NCBI GenBank assembly: GCA_964441745.1 | Contig: CAYTYR010000014.1 | Coordinates: forward strand, 1-62,197 | Direction of reading: 5' to 3' | Length of the DNA: 62,197 bases | From: an uncultured Clostridia bacterium | GTDB lineage: Bacteria; CAYTYR01; UBA6262 | Part shown: piece after piece, positions 10,653-20,607 of the stretch | How the letters are laid out: each line of letters opens with the position of its first letter | Position numbering within the stretch: the first letter of the stretch is position 1 | Notes under the pieces: model-generated | What the model was told of the DNA's origin: nothing | The model's input: the letters and a program-made list of their open reading frames with translations, nothing else | The model's database searches: none | Translations under genes and position numbers: made by a program

Positions 10653-12149
10653 TCAACGCTTCTTTAAGATTTGCCTGGCTATTTCCCGGTCATCACAATG
10701 GATCACCTGATCCTTGAAGATCTGGTAATTTTCATGCCCTTTCCCCGCGATCATGACCAGGTCCCCCGGCTCAGCCATCTCTAGTGCCTTGGCCAATGCC
10801 TCGTGCCGGTCAATAATAATACTATAATTGATCTTGCCTGTCTTTTTAATCCCGATCTCTATATCCAGGGCGATTTTTTCCGGGTCCTCACTGCGTGGAT
10901 TATCGCTGGTGACAATACAATAATCGCTGAGCGTAGCTGCCACCTGGCCCATCAAAGGACGTTTAGTGCGGTCACGGTCGCCGCCGGCCCCAAAGACAGT
11001 GATCAATCTTTTCGGATGCAATTCCCGGGCCGCGGTCAGGACATTAGATAAGGCGTCATCGGTATGGGCATAGTCTACCACAACAGTGAATTTTTGTCCA
11101 CATTCCACGAGTTCAAATCTTCCTGGCACAGACTTAACTTTGGCTAATCCCTTGATTATCGTTTCCGGTAAAATTCCCTGGCTAATTGCGGTCCCGATTG
11201 CGGCTAAGGCATTATAAGCATTATGTTTGCCAGTCAGATTTAACTGGACTGGATACTTTTTTTGATTGAGCAAGCATAAAAAAGTTGTTTTCCCGGGAGT
11301 TAGGACAATCTCTTCGCCTCTAACCAAAGCATTCTGATCATTGATCCCATAGGTAAAGACTTCTACCCCTGCCGGTATCAACTGTACTATTTTCGCTCCG
11401 GCCGGGTCATCGATATTGATCACGGCGCTGGTTTTGCTTTTTTTACGTTGATTTTTTCCTAATCCGGTAAAAAGCTTGGCTTTGGCCGCCAGATAGTGAT
11501 CAAAATCTTTATGAAAATCCAGATGATCACGAGTCAGGTTAGTAAATACAGCCGCATCATATTCACATCCCTCTATCCGGTTCAGTTCCAAAGCATGGGA
11601 AGAAACTTCCATCACTACATAGTCAATTTTTTGTTTAACCATCTCAGCCAGAAATTCCTGCAAATCGCTAGCCTGGGGGGTGGTGGTTGGCGCTGGCAGG
11701 ACTTTCTGGCCTAGACGGTATTCGATAGTTCCTAACACACCGGTATGTTGTCCATGTTCCTGCAGGATGGACTCTAACAGGTAGGTAATAGTAGTTTTGC
11801 CATTAGTACCCGTAATACCGATCATTTTGAGTTTATCAGAAGGATAATTGTATATTTTGGTAGCTATTTTAGCCAATGCGCTCCTGGCATTATCTACCTG
11901 GATAAATGGCACTTTAAGGTCTAGAGCTGGTTTTTCCTGGCTGACAATGGCCACCGCTCCCTTTTCCAAAGCCTGGTTGATATACTTGGTGCCGCTCTCC
12001 TTGAAACCTTCGATGCAGACAAAAATATAGCGGTTATGCTTATTCTGGACCTTGCGGGAATCATATGTGACCCCATTCACTTCAACGCTATCAACGGCGC
12101 CAAATATTTGCTTTACATCAATTGTCGCTAATACTTCCCTGAGTAACAT
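10653..12149 (-). CDS. murE: UDP-MurNAc-Ala-Glu--meso-DAP ligase
   Basis: GTNGKTT, MEVSSH, DYAHT, DNPR (the meso-DAP specificity motif), AGKGHE. Confidence 0.97.
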   Translation of the reverse strand: MLLREVLATIDVKQIFGAVDSVEVNGVTYDSRKVQNKHNRYIFVCIEGFKESGTKYINQALEKGAVAIVSQEKPALDLKVPFIQVDNARSALAKIATKIYNYPSDKLKMIGITGTNGKTTITYLLESILQEHGQHTGVLGTIEYRLGQKVLPAPTTTPQASDLQEFLAEMVKQKIDYVVMEVSSHALELNRIEGCEYDAAVFTNLTRDHLDFHKDFDHYLAAKAKLFTGLGKNQRKKSKTSAVINIDDPAGAKIVQLIPAGVEVFTYGINDQNALVRGEEIVLTPGKTTFLCLLNQKKYPVQLNLTGKHNAYNALAAIGTAISQGILPETIIKGLAKVKSVPGRFELVECGQKFTVVVDYAHTDDALSNVLTAARELHPKRLITVFGAGGDRDRTKRPLMGQVAATLSDYCIVTSDNPRSEDPEKIALDIEIGIKKTGKINYSIIIDRHEALAKALEMAEPGDLVMIAGKGHENYQIFKDQVIHCDDREIARQILKKR

Positions 12150-12190
12150 ACAAACCTCTCCCGTAAATATCTCAAATTATGAGCTGCCTG

Positions 12191-12227
12191 CCCCCATGTC
12201 TCGATTTGCTCAACAAATCGATGGGGG
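12191..12227. repeat. Bulged GC-clamped palindrome (CCCCC..GATTT..AAATC..GGGGG family)
   Basis: CCCCCAT[GTCT]CGATTTG ctcaa CAAATCG ATGGGGG; same architecture at 26893-26927 and 57890-57927. Confidence 0.7.
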
Positions 12228-12248
12228 TCATTCGAGTTATTCGTTTCC

Positions 12249-13949
12249 CTATATTTTTTTGTTGCTGGCTAATAAAGTTGTTTTTGCCGGTATATTGAGA
12301 TAGCGCATTATATCCCTGGCGACATTGGCAAAGACCGGGGCGCAGACACTGCCACCCCAATATATTTCTTTGGGCTCATCAAGAATCACCAGGATAGTCA
12401 CTTCCGGATCATCTGCCGGCAAGTAACCGACAAAACTGGCCACATATTTTGAATCAGAATACTTCCTGATGCTAGGATCGATCTTCTGGGCCGTACCTGT
12501 TTTGCCGGCCACATCATAACCTTTGACCTGGGCCATCGAACCAGTGCCACTTTCTACCACACCTTTCAGGATCCCGGTTAAAGTTTGAGCTGTTTCCGGA
12601 GAAATAACTTTCCTGACTATCTGCGGATTATATTCCTTAATAATGGTCCCTTTTTTATTACGTATAGCTTTGACTATTAGCGGCTGCATCAACATTCCGC
12701 CGTTAGCTACGGCGCTGACCGCATTCACCAGTTGCAGCGGGGTAACACCTATTTCCTGGCCAAAAGAAATGCGTCCAAGTGAAATACTGGACCAGTCTTT
12801 AGGTTTGCGCAGCAACCCCTGGGTCTCTCCCGGCAAACCAATGCCGGTCATACTGCCAAAACCAAACATTTTAGAGTAATAAAATAGTTTATCCCGGCCG
12901 ATCTTATCAGCGACTTTGGCTGTGCCGATATTGGAAGAACGCTCTATCACCTGGGCAAAGGTTAACCAACCTTCTTTTTCATGGTCCCGGATCACTGTTG
13001 GTCCTACTTTATATGAACCATTTTCACAGAAATAGCGGTCCGCCGGTTTTACTACTTTTTCTTCCAAAGCCGCTGCGGCAGTTACTATTTTAAAAGTTGA
13101 CCCTGGTTCATAGAAATCGGTAATAGCCCGAAGACGCATTTCATCAATGCTGCTTTCTTTGATGTTGTTGTAAGAAAAAGTCGGCCGGCCGGCTAAGGCC
13201 AGGATTTCCCCGGTCTTGGTCTTCTGCACAATGATCAGGGCATTCCGTCCGCTATATTGGGCCCAGGCCGCATCCAGCTCACGTTCCGCTATATATTGAA
13301 TAGTTTTATCAATGGTCAGGATAAGATCATTTGAATTATTGCTGGCATAACAAGTTTCCGTATCATTAAGTACACTGCGTCCTTTGGCATCCTTTCCCTG
13401 AATAATGAAACTTGATTCCCCCTTAATATACTCATCATAATACTTTTCTATCCCGGTCAGCCCATCATTATCAACACCAACAAATCCGAGTAACTGGTTG
13501 GCCAAACGCTCATCAGGATAACATCTTTTACTTTCTTTGACAAAGTCTACTCCCTTTAATTTATATGATTTGATCGCCCTGGCTTGCTCTGTGGCTATTT
13601 TGCGGGCGATCCAGACAAAATACTTATCAGATTTCAGTTTTTCCTTGATGATGTCCTGGTGCAGGTCAAGTACTTTAGCCAGTTTGGCCGCTGTTTCCTG
13701 AACATTTTCAATTTGCCGCGGAAAAGCGCATACTGAATCGACATCAATGCTCAAGGCTAATTCCCGGCCCTGGCAATCAAAAATAGTGCCACGCTTAGGT
13801 TTAATTTCGACGGTTTGGATATACTGTTTTTCTTTCATCCCGGTAAATTTACGGTATTGCAGGACTTGGACAAAATAGAGACGGCCCACAACTCCAAAGA
13901 AAAGCAGTAATATGAAAAATGCGATCAGTGCGGCGCGACGTCGGTACAT
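12249..13949 (-). CDS. ftsI: Class B penicillin-binding protein FtsI/PBP3
   Basis: N-terminal TM, RGTIFD, STFK, SSN and KTG catalytic motifs; dcw position. Confidence 0.93.
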   Translation of the reverse strand: MYRRRAALIAFFILLLFFGVVGRLYFVQVLQYRKFTGMKEKQYIQTVEIKPKRGTIFDCQGRELALSIDVDSVCAFPRQIENVQETAAKLAKVLDLHQDIIKEKLKSDKYFVWIARKIATEQARAIKSYKLKGVDFVKESKRCYPDERLANQLLGFVGVDNDGLTGIEKYYDEYIKGESSFIIQGKDAKGRSVLNDTETCYASNNSNDLILTIDKTIQYIAERELDAAWAQYSGRNALIIVQKTKTGEILALAGRPTFSYNNIKESSIDEMRLRAITDFYEPGSTFKIVTAAAALEEKVVKPADRYFCENGSYKVGPTVIRDHEKEGWLTFAQVIERSSNIGTAKVADKIGRDKLFYYSKMFGFGSMTGIGLPGETQGLLRKPKDWSSISLGRISFGQEIGVTPLQLVNAVSAVANGGMLMQPLIVKAIRNKKGTIIKEYNPQIVRKVISPETAQTLTGILKGVVESGTGSMAQVKGYDVAGKTGTAQKIDPSIRKYSDSKYVASFVGYLPADDPEVTILVILDEPKEIYWGGSVCAPVFANVARDIMRYLNIPAKTTLLASNKKI

Positions 13950-13952
13950 AGA

Positions 13953-14234
13953 TTATTTCTCCAAGTAAATAATGTTTTCCGGTGGCGGATTGACCATTTT
14001 CAACCGTTCCTTGGCTATCTTCTCTACCCGCTCCAGCGAACTTAGATTACTCAATCTCATGCGCAAAAAACGATTTTCATTTTCACGTTCTTCGATCTGC
14101 ACTTTCAATTGACTTAAGTTATAACCGACTTTGACTACCTGGATTTGCTGCCAAACATAGATCAAGGCGGTGCAAAATAACAGTACCAGGAACAAAAAAC
14201 GGTGAATGGAGCCGCGGTTATCTCGCTTCGCCAT
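13953..14234 (-). CDS. ftsL: Cell division protein FtsL
   Basis: 93 aa, TM plus coiled coil, LERVEKIAKERLKM; between rsmH and ftsI. Confidence 0.88.
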   Translation of the reverse strand: MAKRDNRGSIHRFLFLVLLFCTALIYVWQQIQVVKVGYNLSQLKVQIEERENENRFLRMRLSNLSSLERVEKIAKERLKMVNPPPENIIYLEK

Positions 14235-15174
14235 TGGCTATCCTCTCCGCTGCCCGCATTTTAGCGCTGCGGGACCGGGGATTACGCATTATTTCCTCAT
14301 CCTGTGCCAGCAACGGCTTCTTGGTCAGGATCCTGACCTCTGCGGTATGGCCGCAAACACAGACCGGCAATTTGGGCGGGCAAATACAACCCCGGCTGAA
14401 GTCACTAAAGGTGTTTTTTACGATCCTATCCTCCAGGGAATGGAAAGAAATGACCACGATCCTGCCCCTATTCTTTAAAAATCTAATAGCTGTTGAAAAA
14501 GCTGGTTGTAAGATCGCAAGTTCATTATTAACGGTAATACGCAATGCCTGGAAAGTCCTGGTTGCCGGGTGAATATTATCCGGCCATTTGCTCCTGGGGA
14601 TACTGCCCGCGACAATATCAGCTAAGGCAGATGTTGAACCAATGCGGCCTTGTTTCCTAACCGCTACGATGTTTCCAGCGATTTTCTTGGCCCAGCGGTC
14701 TTCCCCATAATCCTCAATGATCTGCGCTAAATCCTTCAGCTCCAGCGAATTTACCAGGTCAGCCGCGGTCAATCCCTGACTGCGGTCCATGCGCATATCC
14801 AAAGGGCCGTCTTGCATAAAACTAAAACCACGGTCGGCAGTATCCAGCTGACTGCTGGAAACACCTAAATCAAACAAAATACCGTCTATTTCTTTGATCT
14901 TTCTTTGATCAAGGATAAGGGAAAGATTTCTAAAGTTAGCCTGTTCGAGGATGACATTTTTCTGGTCCCGGAATAGTTCCCGGCAATGCTCAATTGCGGA
15001 TTGGTCTTGATCCATTCCGATAAGTGTGCCATGACTACCGACTTCTTCCAATACCTTTTGCGCATGACCTCCACCTCCTATGGTAGCGTCAACATATACG
15101 CCGCCTTTTTTGATATCCAGCAGCATAATGGCTTCTTTCAGCATAACTGGCTGATGGTACTGTGTCTTTAGCAT
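14218..15174 (-). CDS. rsmH: 16S rRNA m4C1402 methyltransferase
   Basis: HQPVM, DATIGGGGH, DLGVSS, FQALRI, NPRSRSAKMR motifs. Confidence 0.97.
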   Translation of the reverse strand: MLKTQYHQPVMLKEAIMLLDIKKGGVYVDATIGGGGHAQKVLEEVGSHGTLIGMDQDQSAIEHCRELFRDQKNVILEQANFRNLSLILDQRKIKEIDGILFDLGVSSSQLDTADRGFSFMQDGPLDMRMDRSQGLTAADLVNSLELKDLAQIIEDYGEDRWAKKIAGNIVAVRKQGRIGSTSALADIVAGSIPRSKWPDNIHPATRTFQALRITVNNELAILQPAFSTAIRFLKNRGRIVVISFHSLEDRIVKNTFSDFSRGCICPPKLPVCVCGHTAEVRILTKKPLLAQDEEIMRNPRSRSAKMRAAERIANGEAR

Positions 15175-15184
15175 AAGATCACAC

Positions 15185-15613
15185 CTAAATACCTAAATCT
15201 GTCAGTTTTTCAGCTAGATGTTCGTATTTTGGTTTAGTATTTTTATAGAACTTGTTCCATTTTTGCGTATCCCAGATCTCAATCCGGTTCATTACGCCAA
15301 TAACGGTTACTTTTTTCCTGATCACGGCATATTCTTTAAGGATTTTAGGAACCAGGATCCGGCCCTGGTCATCAACCTCACAATCCTGCGCACCGGAAGC
15401 AAAGAGCCTGATAAAAGACCTGGCTTCAGGCTTAGTCAGGGGCAAGGCATTAAGCTTTTCAGTAATTTGCTGCCATGAATCCTTGGTAAATAAAAACAGG
15501 CAGCTTTCCAAGCCGCGGGTCACGATAAACTCTTGCTGTCCGTGCCGGAATTTTGCCGGGATAAATAATCTATTTTTTTCATCTAATGAATGTTCGTACT
15601 GCCCAATAAACAT
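15185..15613 (-). CDS. mraZ: Transcriptional regulator MraZ
   Basis: Two DxxxR-like repeats (DEKNRL, DDQGRI), IEIWD; first gene of the dcw cluster. Confidence 0.97.
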   Translation of the reverse strand: MFIGQYEHSLDEKNRLFIPAKFRHGQQEFIVTRGLESCLFLFTKDSWQQITEKLNALPLTKPEARSFIRLFASGAQDCEVDDQGRILVPKILKEYAVIRKKVTVIGVMNRIEIWDTQKWNKFYKNTKPKYEHLAEKLTDLGI

Positions 15614-15650
15614 ACTCTTCCCTTTGTCCTGATTTTACTACGAGCTATGA

Positions 15651-15708
15651 GCTACCTTCCACCACTTTCCCCCACTATGAATTTACTCCTTCCGCCATTT
15701 TTTGTCAA
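15651..15708 (-). promoter_or_regulatory. dcw promoter with MraZ-binding direct repeats
   Basis: Minus strand TTGACA (15703-15708)-N17-TAAATT, then GTGGGG-gaaa-GTGGTG-gaag-GTAG at 10-bp spacing, matching MraZ boxes. Confidence 0.75.
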
Positions 15709-15812
15709 GAAAATAATTAAATAAATGATTACACAGATTACGAAGTAGATTATCCCCTGCTGATCCCGAGAAACCGGGATCAAAACCGCGGGGACAGGCA
15801 CCGATTAAAAAC

Positions 15813-15845
15813 AAAAAAAAACACCTGCTCAATGAGCAAGTGTTT
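15813..15845 (-). terminator. Intrinsic terminator upstream of the mraZ promoter
   Basis: Minus strand AAACACTTGCTC-ATT-GAGCAGGTGTTT followed by a long U tract. Confidence 0.7.
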
Positions 15846-15911
15846 AATCTGTTTAATCATTATTTTAACTCTATATAATCAGTCTTTTAAATCGCAGTAA
15901 TGTTAATGTTA

Positions 15912-16372
15912 TTATAATTTCTCTGCTGTGTTAGCCAAAGTAAGTTTCTGAATGAAGTGTTTGGTTGAGTTTCTGTCTAAGTAGTACACGCTATACTCCC
16001 CAACTGCGGTGCTCTTAGGGAGCTTTATGGAAATCTGTTTTCTTTTATCGTAGCCCCATTCATCTCCTTTGACTTTTAAAAAAAGCAAGATGTCGGTCCC
16101 GACAATGTCCGAGCTAATCACACTATAATAAATTGGAAAAGATGTTACTCCATCAGGTTCTCGAGTAATGAACTTGCCGCTGGCTTCACATTCAACGGGA
16201 ACATGCCAGAATCCATTAATTTTTGAAGGTGTCCCAAGCCTCATTCCTCCCTTAGATTGTACTTGTTCCCATTCGACTCTAGCAGGAACTGAGAGTGTAA
16301 GATTTATAAAGTGCTACACCCACAAATCATAAAACATCCGATACAAATAGCGATTGTTTTGAGCATCTTCAT
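15912..16372 (-). pseudogene. Frameshifted lipoprotein gene of unknown function
   Basis: Lipoprotein-type signal MKMLKTIAICIGCFMICG-C stops at 16304. One extra T near 16306 would join it in frame to FINLTLSVPARVEWEQVQSKGGMRLG and the 110-aa ORF. Confidence 0.6.
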
Positions 16373-16620
16373 TGCCTTTTCTTCCAGATTAAGTCTCTGG
16401 GGTGAGTCTTTTATCCGCCACTGATACGTTAGCGCTGTGCCCGCCAAAGCCTTAGTGGCGGGGATAAACTCCGCGGAAATAAAAAAAACACTCATTGTAT
16501 TAACAAGTGTTTTTACTGTTTAAGCCCTGTCCGCCTCTGGCGGATCCTTTCACAATCCCTGCCTACCGGCAGGCAGGCGTGTAATCAGTCTTTTAAATCG
16601 CATTGAGCGATTTAAAAGAA

Positions 16621-17068
16621 CAGGATAGAACAGACGATAAGCCGAGTTCTGTTCCCCACTCTAGCTTACGCTAAACGGGGTGATGATCATTTGTCTGGTC
16701 CCGATGTCGCCAACGGGATCTAGCGACCAACTTCTCTGCCATCCCAAATTAATGGGATACGAGCGGGCAACTCTAGCAGAACCTTTAGTCTTGCACCAGG
16801 TGGGGTTTACCCTCCCACCGCATTTCTGCGGCGAGCCGTGGGCTCTTACCCCGCGTTTTCACCCTTACCCAGCACCACTTTTCTAAGTCCCACCATGTGA
16901 GCATTGAAAAGTGGTGCTGGGCGGTAATTTTCTGTGGCACTTTCCGTATCCGGCTTACGCCGGATCCCTCACGTTATGAGGCACCCTGCCCTCTGGAGCT
17001 CGGACTTTCCTCCCTGTTCCCAGCTCACGCCGGGGTTGCAGAGCGATCATCTTGTCCATTCTATCCTG
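16621..17068 (-). ncRNA. rnpB: RNase P RNA, bacterial type A
   Basis: GAGGAAAGTCCGAGCTC, GGAAAGTGCCACAGAAA, GGTAAACCCC and ACAGAACTCGGCTTA conserved blocks; P1 pairing CAGGATAGAA/TTCTATCCTG. Confidence 0.97.
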
Positions 17069-17121
17069 CATATTAAAGAACAATTTCGAAATACTAATAT
17101 CTAAATCCTAAACATTAAGGC

Positions 17122-17700
17122 TTAGGATTTATCTTCATCCAGCGCTTCATTGGCCAGTTGGTCAGCTAACTTGTTTTCTGTCCTGGGTATATGACAAAAT
17201 TCAACGGAAGCAAATGATTTAAGAAGCTCCTGCACTTTATGATTCAAGGCTTTTATTTTTTCATCCTTGATCTTATAGTGGCCCTGCATTTGCCTGACCA
17301 GTAATTGCGAATCGCTGCGCACTAATAATTTATCCAACCGCAACTCTGCAGCCATTTCCAGTAACTTTACCAAAGCCTGGTATTCAGCGACATTGTTGGT
17401 GCAAACTCCCAGGGTTTTCTTATGTTCAGCGATTATTTCTCCCTGCTCATTATAAATCACCACGCCCAAAGCTCCAGATCCGGGATTACCCCGGCTGGCG
17501 CCATCTATATTGGCTGTATAGTGACCAGTTAGCACAAGATGTTTTTTCTGGGGGTGTAATTCTTCTACTAACTCATGCAATAAATGCACTATTTTTTCGT
17601 GATCATAGGCTGGAAACTTCTGCACAATATCCCGGATATTTAATCCCTGCGCAAACATGCGCAGTACTTTTACGATCTCTTCGTTTTTAGTCAACCTCAT
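17122..17700 (-). CDS. rnhA: Ribonuclease HI family protein with N-terminal helical extension
   Basis: DGASRGNPG, TNNVAEY, SDSQL, NKLADQLAN motifs; ATGA overlap with the upstream gene places the start at 17700. Confidence 0.88.
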   Translation of the reverse strand: MRLTKNEEIVKVLRMFAQGLNIRDIVQKFPAYDHEKIVHLLHELVEELHPQKKHLVLTGHYTANIDGASRGNPGSGALGVVIYNEQGEIIAEHKKTLGVCTNNVAEYQALVKLLEMAAELRLDKLLVRSDSQLLVRQMQGHYKIKDEKIKALNHKVQELLKSFASVEFCHIPRTENKLADQLANEALDEDKS

Positions 17701-18407
17701 TCGCCCTTCCAAAACAAGATCCGGGAGCAGCTTTCACATACTACCAGTTGCTCCATTTTTCTGACTTCATTGACAACCTGCGGCGGCAAGGTCATATGGC
17801 ATCCTCCGCAGGAATGATTTTTCTTAACTTCGGCCACGGCCAAACCTTTTTTGCTTTTTCTGATCCGTTCATAAAGAGTTAAAGATTCAGCCGGAATTTT
17901 CGCGGCTATGTCCCGGCGCTGCGCTTCCATATCTGTAATTGATTTATTGATGGACTCCAAGTCTCCATTAAAACGATTTATTTCCTGCGCTAATTTCCCT
18001 TCTTCCTGTTTTAACAGGTCCTGCTCTTGCTTTATTTGTATATTAACCTTTTCGATTGAATCCATCATATCCAGGATACCGTCTTCAATAGCCGAAATAT
18101 CCTTGCTCAGCTGGCCAATCTCTTTCTGTAAGGCAAAATACTGGTCATTTTTTTTGACTTTATTCAATTCAGACTGGTGTTTCTTTCTTTCTTCTTCCTT
18201 GGTATGCAGATCTAATTCTTTCTGTTTCTTCTCTACCTGAATCCTGGCCACTTCCTGCTTTAAATTTTCCAGGCTGGTATTTTTAGATGAAAAATCAGTT
18301 TTGGCTTTTTCGATGCTTAAGGGTATTTCCTTGGCCTTGTTTTTCAGGCCATCGATACTGAGATCCAGTTTTTGTAATTCGATCAATGTCTCAATTTCCT
18401 GATTCAA
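17697..18407 (-). CDS. Coiled-coil C4 zinc-ribbon protein (DUF164/CT398-like)
   Basis: LQKLD start, long coiled coil, CGGCHM..CESCSRIL; usual synteny with RNase H and rnpB. Confidence 0.9.
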   Translation of the reverse strand: MNQEIETLIELQKLDLSIDGLKNKAKEIPLSIEKAKTDFSSKNTSLENLKQEVARIQVEKKQKELDLHTKEEERKKHQSELNKVKKNDQYFALQKEIGQLSKDISAIEDGILDMMDSIEKVNIQIKQEQDLLKQEEGKLAQEINRFNGDLESINKSITDMEAQRRDIAAKIPAESLTLYERIRKSKKGLAVAEVKKNHSCGGCHMTLPPQVVNEVRKMEQLVVCESCSRILFWKGE

Positions 18408-18489
18408 TTTTACCGTCCTTTTATTAATTGCATTTTTACTATACGCTAAACGCTACCCGCTATACGCTGAAGTCGCGTAGCAAATTTCA

Positions 18490-18564
18490 TGGTGGGCAAT
18501 ACAGGGATTGAACCTGTGACCCCTACCGTGTGAAGGTAGTGCTCTCCCGCTGAGCTAATTGCCC
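18490..18564 (-). tRNA. tRNA-Val(CAC)
   Basis: GGGCAATTAGCTCAGCGGGAGAGC..CTACC-TTCACAC-GGTAG..GGTTCAATCC..TTGCCCACCA; CCA encoded. Confidence 0.95.
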
Positions 18565-18571
18565 ATAGTAT

Positions 18572-18660
18572 AAACCGCTTATAGCTTATAGCTAATGGCT
18601 TATGGTAATTGCTCTTCCGGTTTTGCTATTAGCCATATGCCATATGCCATTTGCGTTTTT
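18572..18660. repeat. Heptamer-periodic inverted-repeat hairpin (family B, GCTTATA/TATGCCA)
   Basis: GCTTATAGCTTATAGCTAATGGCTTATGG ... CTATTAGCCATATGCCATATGCC. Confidence 0.8.
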
Positions 18661-18668
18661 TCTAAAAG

Positions 18669-18742
18669 TGGGCCCTGCAGGACTTGAACCTGCGACCAGC
18701 TGATTATGAGTCAGCTGCTCTAACCAACTGAGCTAAGGGCCC
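18669..18742 (-). tRNA. tRNA with CAT anticodon, most likely tRNA-Ile2 (lysidine)
   Basis: GGGCCCTTAGCTCAGTTGGTTAGAGCAGCTGACTCATAATCAGC..GGTTCAAGTCC; resembles Ile2-type tRNAs and lies downstream of rpoD like E. coli ileX; CCA not encoded. Confidence 0.88.
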
Positions 18743-18750
18743 TTTAAATC

Positions 18751-18835
18751 AGCATATGGCATATAGCATATAGCTAATACATAAGCTTTTCTTTGTTTTT
18801 GCTATAAGCTATCTGCTATAAGCCATTAGCGTTTT
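18751..18835. repeat. Family B hairpin between rpoD and tRNA-Ile2
   Basis: GCATATGGCATATAGCATATAGCTA ... GCTATAAGCTATCTGCTATAAGCCATTAGC. Confidence 0.8.
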
Positions 18836-20590
18836 TTATTCGACGTAGTCTTTGAGCATCTTGCTGCGTGACGGGTGGCGCAGTTTCCGCAAGGCTTTGC
18901 TTTCGATCTGCCGGATACGCTCACGCGTTACGTTAAATATTTTCCCTACTTCTTCCAGGGTCCTGGGGTATCCGTCACCTATTCCAAAGCGCAATTTAAT
19001 GATCTTGCCTTCTTTTGGCGTCAGGGTATTTAATATTTTCTCTATTTCTTTCCGTCTCATTATCCGGATGGCAGAATTGACCGGGGAAAGGTCCTGTTTG
19101 TCTTCAATAAAATCACCCAGCCTGGAATCTTCCTCTTCTCCTATTGGGGTTTCCAGGGAAATAGGCTGGGGAATGATCTTTAAAACTCCCTTTACCTTTT
19201 CAGTTGATAATTTTGTCTCCTTAGCGATCTTTTCCAGAGAGGGATCTCCGCCAAATTCCTGGCGATGAAAATTAGAAACCCGCTTAACCTTATTGATCGT
19301 TTCAGTCATATGCACTGGTATTCTGATCGTACGAGCCTGGTCGGCGATCGCCCTGGTGATAGCCTGCCTGATCCACCAGGTAGCATAAGTAGAAATTTTA
19401 TTGCCACGCTTATATTCAAACTTGTCCACCGCTTTCATCAATCCCAGATTACCTTCCTGGATCAAATCCAGTAACTGTAAACCGCGATGGACATGTTTCT
19501 TGGCTATGCTTACCACCAATCTTAGATTGGCTTTGATCAACCGGGTTTTATCCTCGCCTATCTGATGTTGTATCTGGTTGATCTTATCATTCAGATCGCG
19601 CAACTCTTCGATCTGCATGTTATTACTGCGTACGATCCGGCGCAATCTTTGCTTAATATTTTTAAAACCACGCAGTATCCGCCGTATTTCATTCGGGGTC
19701 ATATGGCATTTCTGTTGTATATCTTTAAGACGGACCTCGCGCCTGGCTACCCGCTTATTCAACTGCCAAAGATCCTGGGGAGACATTCTTAACCTATGGG
19801 CTAAAACGGCTACTTCCTGGTCGCTTTGCTCGATCCGCAAAGCAATATTTTTAATCTTGTGGATTACCTTGCGGATCCGGTAACTGCTTAAATTCAAGCT
19901 TAAGATCAGCTTATTGATATTCTTCTTTTCCCGAAGCTGGCGTTTTTCCAAAGCCACTCTCGCCCGCGGGGTTATTTTTTTCTTCTGCAGGCGGGCATTC
20001 AGCTCGCTTACTTTTTTCAAGGTTTTTTTGATCTTGCCGATAATACTTTTTAAACGTTTGGCCCTTTTGCGCAATACTGACGGGCTGATCTGTTTGATCT
20101 TTAATATTTCCGGAGTATGCGACTCCCCTTCTTTCAGCAGTTCATCAATATTAGTAATTTCTTTAAAGATGAGCGGAGTTTCCAGGATCATAGTCTTGAT
20201 CTTCTTGTTGCCATCTTCGATCCGCTTAGCCAGTTCCATTTCTTCATCCGGCGTCAGCAGCGGAATCTGTCCCATTTCCTTTAAATACAACCGCACCGAG
20301 TCACTGGTTTTCAAGTCCATAAGTGACGGGACAGCAGCTACTTCTTCTGCCGCTTCGGCCAGCTGGCTGGGCGGGACCACTTTTTCTTCAACTTCATCAC
20401 CGACCTCGATGCCCAAGTCGGTCAACATCGTATATATATCATCTATTTCATCAGCTGAAACTATATCATCAGGAAGCAGTTCATTCACTTCCTGATAAGT
20501 AAGATGACCGGTTTCCCTGCCTGCTGATACCAACTTAGCCAGTTCTTTCGGCGTTGGTTCTCTTTCCACATAATCATGACGTGTCGGCAC
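18836..20590 (-). CDS. rpoD: Primary sigma-70 factor RpoD
   Basis: Region 1.1, [51 protein letters not shown]; follows dnaG. Confidence 0.97.
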   Translation of the reverse strand: MPTRHDYVEREPTPKELAKLVSAGRETGHLTYQEVNELLPDDIVSADEIDDIYTMLTDLGIEVGDEVEEKVVPPSQLAEAAEEVAAVPSLMDLKTSDSVRLYLKEMGQIPLLTPDEEMELAKRIEDGNKKIKTMILETPLIFKEITNIDELLKEGESHTPEILKIKQISPSVLRKRAKRLKSIIGKIKKTLKKVSELNARLQKKKITPRARVALEKRQLREKKNINKLILSLNLSSYRIRKVIHKIKNIALRIEQSDQEVAVLAHRLRMSPQDLWQLNKRVARREVRLKDIQQKCHMTPNEIRRILRGFKNIKQRLRRIVRSNNMQIEELRDLNDKINQIQHQIGEDKTRLIKANLRLVVSIAKKHVHRGLQLLDLIQEGNLGLMKAVDKFEYKRGNKISTYATWWIRQAITRAIADQARTIRIPVHMTETINKVKRVSNFHRQEFGGDPSLEKIAKETKLSTEKVKGVLKIIPQPISLETPIGEEEDSRLGDFIEDKQDLSPVNSAIRIMRRKEIEKILNTLTPKEGKIIKLRFGIGDGYPRTLEEVGKIFNVTRERIRQIESKALRKLRHPSRSKMLKDYVE

Positions 20591-20607
20591 GGCGCCTCCC
20601 TGTTATA

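Noticed and set aside
15897..16440. Integron cassette (attC) around the lipoprotein gene
   Set aside because: TAAC boxes are present, but I found no paired RYYYAAC..GTTRRRY palindrome and no integrase.
18669..18742. tRNA-Met or fMet assignment
   Set aside because: Lacks the fMet C1-A72 mismatch and GGG/CCC anticodon stem; sequence and position fit Ile2 better, though elongator Met is not fully excluded.
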